A stretch of DNA of 58,788 nucleotides, counting the filler, from Sluysia triapertura (Eukaryota): assembly GCA_046118255.1 (NCBI GenBank). It is 4 parts of 4 records of this genome, joined end to end, with 100 filler letters (N's around TTAATTAATTAA, not from the genome) between each part and the next. Parts side by side here need not be neighbours in the genome. Positions count along the whole stretch, not along the records: positions 45,789 to 58,788 come from JBJNIA010065850.1; 3 more parts are not named here. One strand, given 5' to 3'. The notes beneath the pieces are model-generated. The model made no database searches, was not told where the DNA came from, and was given only the letters and a program-made list of their open reading frames with translations. Shown here one piece after another: positions 53,215 to 58,788 of the stretch; positions within the stretch are counted from its first letter, which is position 1, and each line of letters begins with the position of its first letter. A program made the translations under genes and the position numbers.

Positions 53215-54080
53215 ACTGAACATGATCAATTAACAAATATCAGTACTCCTTCGTCATCTCAATTTTTCTTGGTCGATACTGGTTCTCCAAGCACATGGTT
53301 TTGGTTGCTGAAGCCATGTTCAAAACTAGTGCGATTAAACATCAAACTAAAAAGTTTAATCGCACATTAGCAATGTTGCCGCAGGAACTATTAGATAAGA
53401 TTAGCCCAAAAATTCAAGCGTGTATTGCTTCAAAATCTCCGTATGACGAACTCATGCAAATAGTCGTACACAATACCGCCCAAATTCGGAAAAAGTCTTT
53501 CAAAACTACTTTAAGGTACAAACATTATGTACCATTTCACCTTCCGAATTTTTGGCATAAATAAAAACGGACTTAGCACCCTTCGGTTGTGACATCGACG
53601 AAAATCGTGATGTTTTAAAAAGATTATTCCTCGATACTATGCCTCTTACAGTTCAAGGCATACTCGTAGGAATTCAAAATACTAAAATCGACGAACTGGC
53701 TAAGATCGCCGATAACATTATTGCTGTATGGAACAAGGACCATCAACAACCTCTGTACGCAATGAACGATTCTTCTTCAAACAGCCAGAAATACATAACA
53801 ACAACAATAACCAACAACGAAGCACAGAACCTTCTGTTACAAGTCTAAAATCTCACGAAGCAGGTCGCAGACCTTACAAAAATTTTATTCTCAAAATCAA
53901 GAGAGAACTCACCAACAAGAAGAACAAGTTCTCCCACATTCTCAACGGGTTCATCCAACTCAAATAAATCTATTAAAAATAAAACACCCTTTAACGGAAT
54001 CTGCTACTATAATAACAGATTCCAACAACAGGTTAAATCTTGCTTACTAGGATGTAGATTTCCAAACAAATCTACAAATC
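53215..54080 (+). pseudogene. gag: gag (capsid and nucleocapsid), frameshifted
   Basis: PSTWF/LVAEAMF...TKKF...LPQE...PYDEL, then LFL..MP..VQ.IL...IDELAKIADNI, and the knuckle GICYYNNRF....KSC..GC (~53996). These resemble CsRn1-lineage gag. Confidence 0.8.
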
Positions 54081-54269
54081 TACAAATCTAACAATCAAAA
54101 ACTTGTGCGTATACCATGCAAATTTTCAAAAAAGCTCCAAAAGATGCATGGATACTGCATCCACTTTAAACACAATTTAAAGTCCCCATCAAAAAACTGA
54201 AATTGCTAGACCGAAACACTTGGCAATTAATGGTATTTTCACTGTGCCGATCACTTTCACTGATTTCAA

Positions 54270-56910
54270 ATACTCCAAATTGGATTATCTAATTGACCTC
54301 AACGCTTTATCAGAAACACACCGCAGACATGTTCCTTTCTTACAGCAGCTAACGGAACAGCTATTGCCTGCTATGGCTCGAGACAATTACAATTCAAATT
54401 GTCACACTTCAATAAAATCTTCGAATGGACTTTTCTAATTACTGCAGTTCAACAACCGATAACAGGAGCCGATTTTCTAACCCATTACAACCTCCTAGTC
54501 GATTTCCACAACAAAACTTTAACACAGTCCTTCTAACACCTAAAAAATATAAAAATTAAATTAGAGGATCTCAACAGTAACAATATAGATCAATATTTAC
54601 AACAAATTCACCCCAAATTACTACTCGAACAATTCAATCCAGAATATGTTCCTAAATTCGAACACTTTATAAAAACTATACCTATACCACCATGCAGACA
54701 AAGACGACGAGAACTAGCTCAGAAAATACGTTCTCAGGCAGAGACAGAATTCCTTGAAATGGAAAGACAAGGAATAGTGCGACGCTCTTCTTCCTCATGG
54801 GCCTCACCTCTGCAAATCGTCAAAGAGAAAGATGGAACGTGGTGACTACAGAATGCTTAGTAAAGTCACTCTTCCAGACGCATATCCTATGCCACTCATA
54901 ACAGACATCTTTCATAGATTCACTGGTTGTACAATATTCTCATCAATAGACCTTGCAAAATCATACCATCAAATCCCAGTACATACTGAGGATATACCAA
55001 AAACAGCCGTAACAACTCCTTTCGGTCTGTTTGAGTATTTACGCATGCCTTTCGGTCTAAGAAATGCAGCACAAACTTTCCAGCGTCACATTGAGAAAGT
55101 TCTTCAAGGCTTAACTTTCACCACAGCCTACATTGATGATATCATAATTTCAAACGACACCAAACACATCTGGAACAAGTATTCCAACGACTATCCGACA
55201 ATAATTTATTAATTAAAATTAACAAATGTCAATTTTTCAAGAATAAAATAACTTTTCTAGGCCACAATATATCTGTTGACGGGATAGAACCACTGGAAAC
55301 CCGTACAACAGCAATAAGAGACTTTCCACAATCCAAAACAGTTACACAGATGAAAAGTTTCTTGGGCCTAGTTAATTATTGTCGACGCTTTATCCCGAAA
55401 CTATCAGAAATAATAGCACCGTTAACAATTCTATCATCGGGAAAGAAAAATCAGCAAATCAATTGGAATACTAAATCTCTGGAATCCTTCGAACAAACAA
55501 AACAAGAAATTATGAAGATGGAAAGTTTAGCATTTCCACAACAACATTTAACGTTCACCTTAACAAGTGACGCTTCAAATACAGCAATAGGTGCGATACT
55601 AACACAAAATCAACAAGAAACAACTCCCGTAAACTTTCTGCACAACAAACTAGATATTCGCATTGACCATGAATTACTAGCAATCTATCTTTCCGTTAAA
55701 CATTTTGAGTATCTGTTACTCCCAGCGCAATTTACGCTCAGAACAGACACCAAACCGTTGTTGCACATCTTTACAATTAAAAAACCCACTCCAAGACAAC
55801 AACGACACATCAGCTACTTGTCCCAATTCAACTTTAACATAGAATTCATCCCGGGACAAGAAAATGTGGTCGCCGATTTTCCAGTCGAGTTCCGGTCAAT
55901 ATTCACTCTCGAGGAGTTACAAAACAATCCACGATCTAGTCTAGAAATTTCCAAATTTTCAACAAAATCATCATTACAAAATGGAATTTTCTTTGACTAT
56001 CAATTATCTGGTACTTCTCGACCTGTGCTAGGACAAACGCTCCGGATCAAAGCTGTCGAACATATTCACAATATGACACATGCCGGAGCTAAGGCCACTT
56101 ATGAATAACTACACTCAAAAGTAGTATGGCCTTCAATGCGCCAAGACATCAAACACTGGTGTAAAGCCTGTTTGACTTGTCAATTGGTGAAAATACAAAA
56201 AAACATAAAATCTCACACGCCAACTCTTCGATACCATACAAATGGATATAGTCGGACCACTACCACAATCTCGTGGTTACATTTACATTTTAACTATATT
56301 GGACCGACACAGCAGATGGCCAATCAGATCATTTACAACAGACACCATATCCAGAATCTTAATAACAAACTGGATTTCACGTTTCGTTGTACCCAAAAGA
56401 ATTATCACTGATCAAGGAGCTCAGTTCGAATCTAGCCTCTTCAACAATTTACTCAAACAACTTGGCAGCGCTAGACTACGAACAATCTAATGGTATGATA
56501 GAGAGATTTCATAGAACTCTAAAAAACTTCTTGCGCGCATTATCAATAAATCATGATTGGATCGGTGCCTTACCCCTAATTCTATTAGGCTGGCGCAATA
56601 TCCCTCATTCTTCAACATGATATTCACCAGCTCAAATTGTATTAAGAACCAACACCAGATTACCCTTTGAATTATTCGAAAATGATAATCCTACAGAAAA
56701 AAATATATTAACCTCCTTTGCGGCAATATTTTAATGACCTAAACAAATCAACACGTCACAATGAGGTTCCTCACATTTTTATACCAAAAAACATCTTAGA
56801 CAGCAAATTCGTGTGGCTCAAAACAGAAAATCCAAAATCTCTTCAACCAAGATACACCGGTCCCTACAAAGTCACTCAGTTTAATCAAAACCTGCAACAA
56901 TGCTAGTTGA
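54270..56910 (+). pseudogene. pol: pol (protease, RT, RNase H, integrase), frameshifted
   Basis: PR: YLID.., GADFL.HYNLLVD. RT: SSSWASPL.IVK, DAYPMP, IDLAKSYHQIP, MPFGLRNAAQTFQR, YIDD. RH: SDASNTAIGAIL, ELLAIY, TD.KPL. IN: H...H..C..C, DIVGPLP, TDQGAQFES, SNGMIERFHRTLK. Confidence 0.96.
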
Positions 56911-57037
56911 AGAATATTCTCATAATTCAACAACAAGAAAATCAGTAACGTTTAACAAAACCGCTACCTTTCTAAACGAATCCAAATGAAGGTACCAGAT
57001 TCATTTTAGAAATAAACACATATCGCTTCGCGTCTTC

Positions 57038-57049
57038 AGAGGGGGCTGA
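57038..57049 (+). promoter_or_regulatory. Polypurine tract
   Basis: AGAGGGGGCTGA immediately before the TG of the 3' LTR. Confidence 0.85.
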
Positions 57050-58788
57050 TGTAGTGGCCAACTTTCATAACCACTAAAAATTTATTAAAAATCAAATTAT
57101 TTTCACAATTTCACAACAGCTAAATCACAATCATATTCAACACTACCAATTTACATTAACTAATTCACCAGAAATATTACTCGACATTCACAATAATCAA
57201 ACAACAAACTCATTCGAAATAAACCATCTAATACTTTCAAACCCTTCATTTTACACTACGCTTTGGAAATCAACATTTAATAATCGATAACATTCATTTA
57301 ATAGTTTATTTGCTTTAACCAAATTACAATCATAATCACATAACACATAACACATAATTACATCTAATTCCATTCTACAACACTAATAAATCTACACGAA
57401 ACATATAAAACACCTACTTCACAACTTCGAATCAATTACAACACTTCAAACTTACTACTAATCCATGCATAATCACCAAAATTATCAAAAACATCAAATA
57501 GACAAACCAGACAAAACATAGTATAATAACATCTTAAATATACCAAGAGTTGTATCATAATTTTTCTTCTTGATTCATTAAATTACAACCTTCTCAATAA
57601 GCCTTTTACCCACGATATTTCAATACGTAAGTCTTGTTTTCAAATACAAACCCTAATTAAATTCGAAAAGCTCATATTAACATTCTTTATTTCAATTCAA
57701 GACTCAAATCATTATTATATCTTCAAAAAGGTTAATTATACTTAACAATTCTTTCAAAACAATTATTATTCAGAAATTTAGTTTCAAATACACTTTAATT
57801 TAATTCAACACATTAAAATCCTTCAAGAAGTTTAGGAAAATCTAATACAGTTTTAAAGAATTCAATGAAATAGCAACGATGTTATCGTTGCAGTTCCATT
57901 CAGTTTTGTCAACTTTTATATTTTATTTAACTTTTTATATGTAAGAACCAAGAATGAGAAGATCGTGTACATTTTGTTTTAAAAAAAGAGAAAGGAAAGT
58001 TTATGTATTAATTCGTTTTTTTTCTTTAGTAATAATAACAATAACAATACTGTCGTTGTTATTATTATTCCCATTAATTAATTAATTATTATTATTAAAA
58101 TTTTAATGCATCTTATAAAGTAGTCACCACCATCACCAATGTTGACGTTATAATCATGACCATCAGTATCTTGACAACACTGATGATGGCTATCCTTACC
58201 TAATTTTGTTCTCCACAATTTAATCACCAATTTTTACATGTCACCCAATCAGAGCTGATATTGTTAAATGTTCTGTCCTGAAGCTCTGATTGGGTGACCA
58301 ATCAGCCATTATCGTACAAATACAATTTTATAATTTTTAATTAAAAAGTACAAAAGAGGAAAACAACACAAGAAGTAACGGTAACAAATTTTCAAAAAGA
58401 TACCAAAATTTACGAAACGACAGAATAAAAAATTTGGAGTATATACTATCGAAAACTCAAATCCTCTCGATCGCGGCACTAAATTAGATTAGTATTATAA
58501 CATGCTTTTGAAAGGGAAATTCGTTTTAAGTGAAATTTTTAAAGCCTATAATGATATATTATCATTCATTGATATGTCCAATGATGTTAAACCACACATT
58601 CATAACTTCCACCAAGAAATCGAATCTGATGAAACAAATCATATGGGAGAATTAAGAAGAATGATTAAAACCATTGATGATCCTAACCACTTATTATATC
58701 TTATTAATCTTACTTTAGATCCAGCTTTTAGTTATAGTTTTAATTCAACATGGTATTATCTTATGATAATTAAAGATGATTATGTTGT
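57050..58788 (+). repeat. 3' LTR (end not seen within the window)
   Basis: Starts TGTAGTGGCCAAC after the PPT; collinear with the 5' LTR to ~58305. Confidence 0.8.
58502..58788 (+). CDS. Unknown ORF, open to the window end, downstream of the 3' LTR hairpins
   Basis: ATG at 58502: MLLKGKFVLSEIFKAYNDILSFIDMSNDVKPHIHNFHQEIESDETNHMGELRRMIKTIDDPNH..., 95 codons without a stop. Not in the ORF track because it is unterminated. Confidence 0.5.
   Translation, partial: MLLKGKFVLSEIFKAYNDILSFIDMSNDVKPHIHNFHQEIESDETNHMGELRRMIKTIDDPNHLLYLINLTLDPAFSYSFNSTWYYLMIIKDDYV

Larger units (their letters stand above)
48230..58788 (+). mobile_element. Decayed Ty3/Gypsy LTR retrotransposon (CsRn1-like gag/pol), running off the window end
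   Basis: Order is LTR - PBS - leader - gag - PR - RT - RH - IN - PPT - LTR, with numerous stops and frameshifts. Confidence 0.93.

Noticed and set aside
53262-53290. FLVDTGS read as an aspartic-protease active site (Ddi1-like UBL-protease)
   Set aside because: It runs straight into the gag P..WF..AEA.F motif with no flap or G.D.L motif; the real protease relic lies at ~54270-54500.

Overview
Very AT-rich eukaryotic (probably invertebrate animal) genomic DNA, not prokaryotic. It shows GT-AG introns from 34 nt to >2 kb, (AAT)n microsatellites and many decayed transposons. Three 100-nt artificial linkers (44N-TTAATTAATTAA-44N at 20564, 34720 and 45689) split it into four pieces whose adjacency is unproven. 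Host genes: seven in-phase minus-strand exons of an MSH6-type mismatch-repair gene (21647-31115), one PHD-finger exon of a ZMYND8-like chromatin reader (~12606-12952), and the last exons of a single-pass membrane protein (35948-39099). A 344-aa ORF (32628-33662) combines a Max-like bHLH-zipper with a degenerate TIS11-type CCCH finger. Mobile DNA: an IS630/Tc1 DDE fragment, a decayed piggyBac, a piggyBac-type short element, two Helitron relics, several LTR fragments, and a near-complete decayed Ty3/Gypsy element (48230->58788). That element is the best candidate for a new system. It has (i) an apparent ~2.8-kb 5' LTR holding internal ORFs, (ii) two tandem hairpins in both LTRs, one with fully compensated substitutions between copies, (iii) a tRNA-Leu primer-binding site, and (iv) a ubiquitin-like domain ending in Gly-Gly directly before the Gag capsid region. 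All family assignments come from motif recognition by eye; no database search was run.
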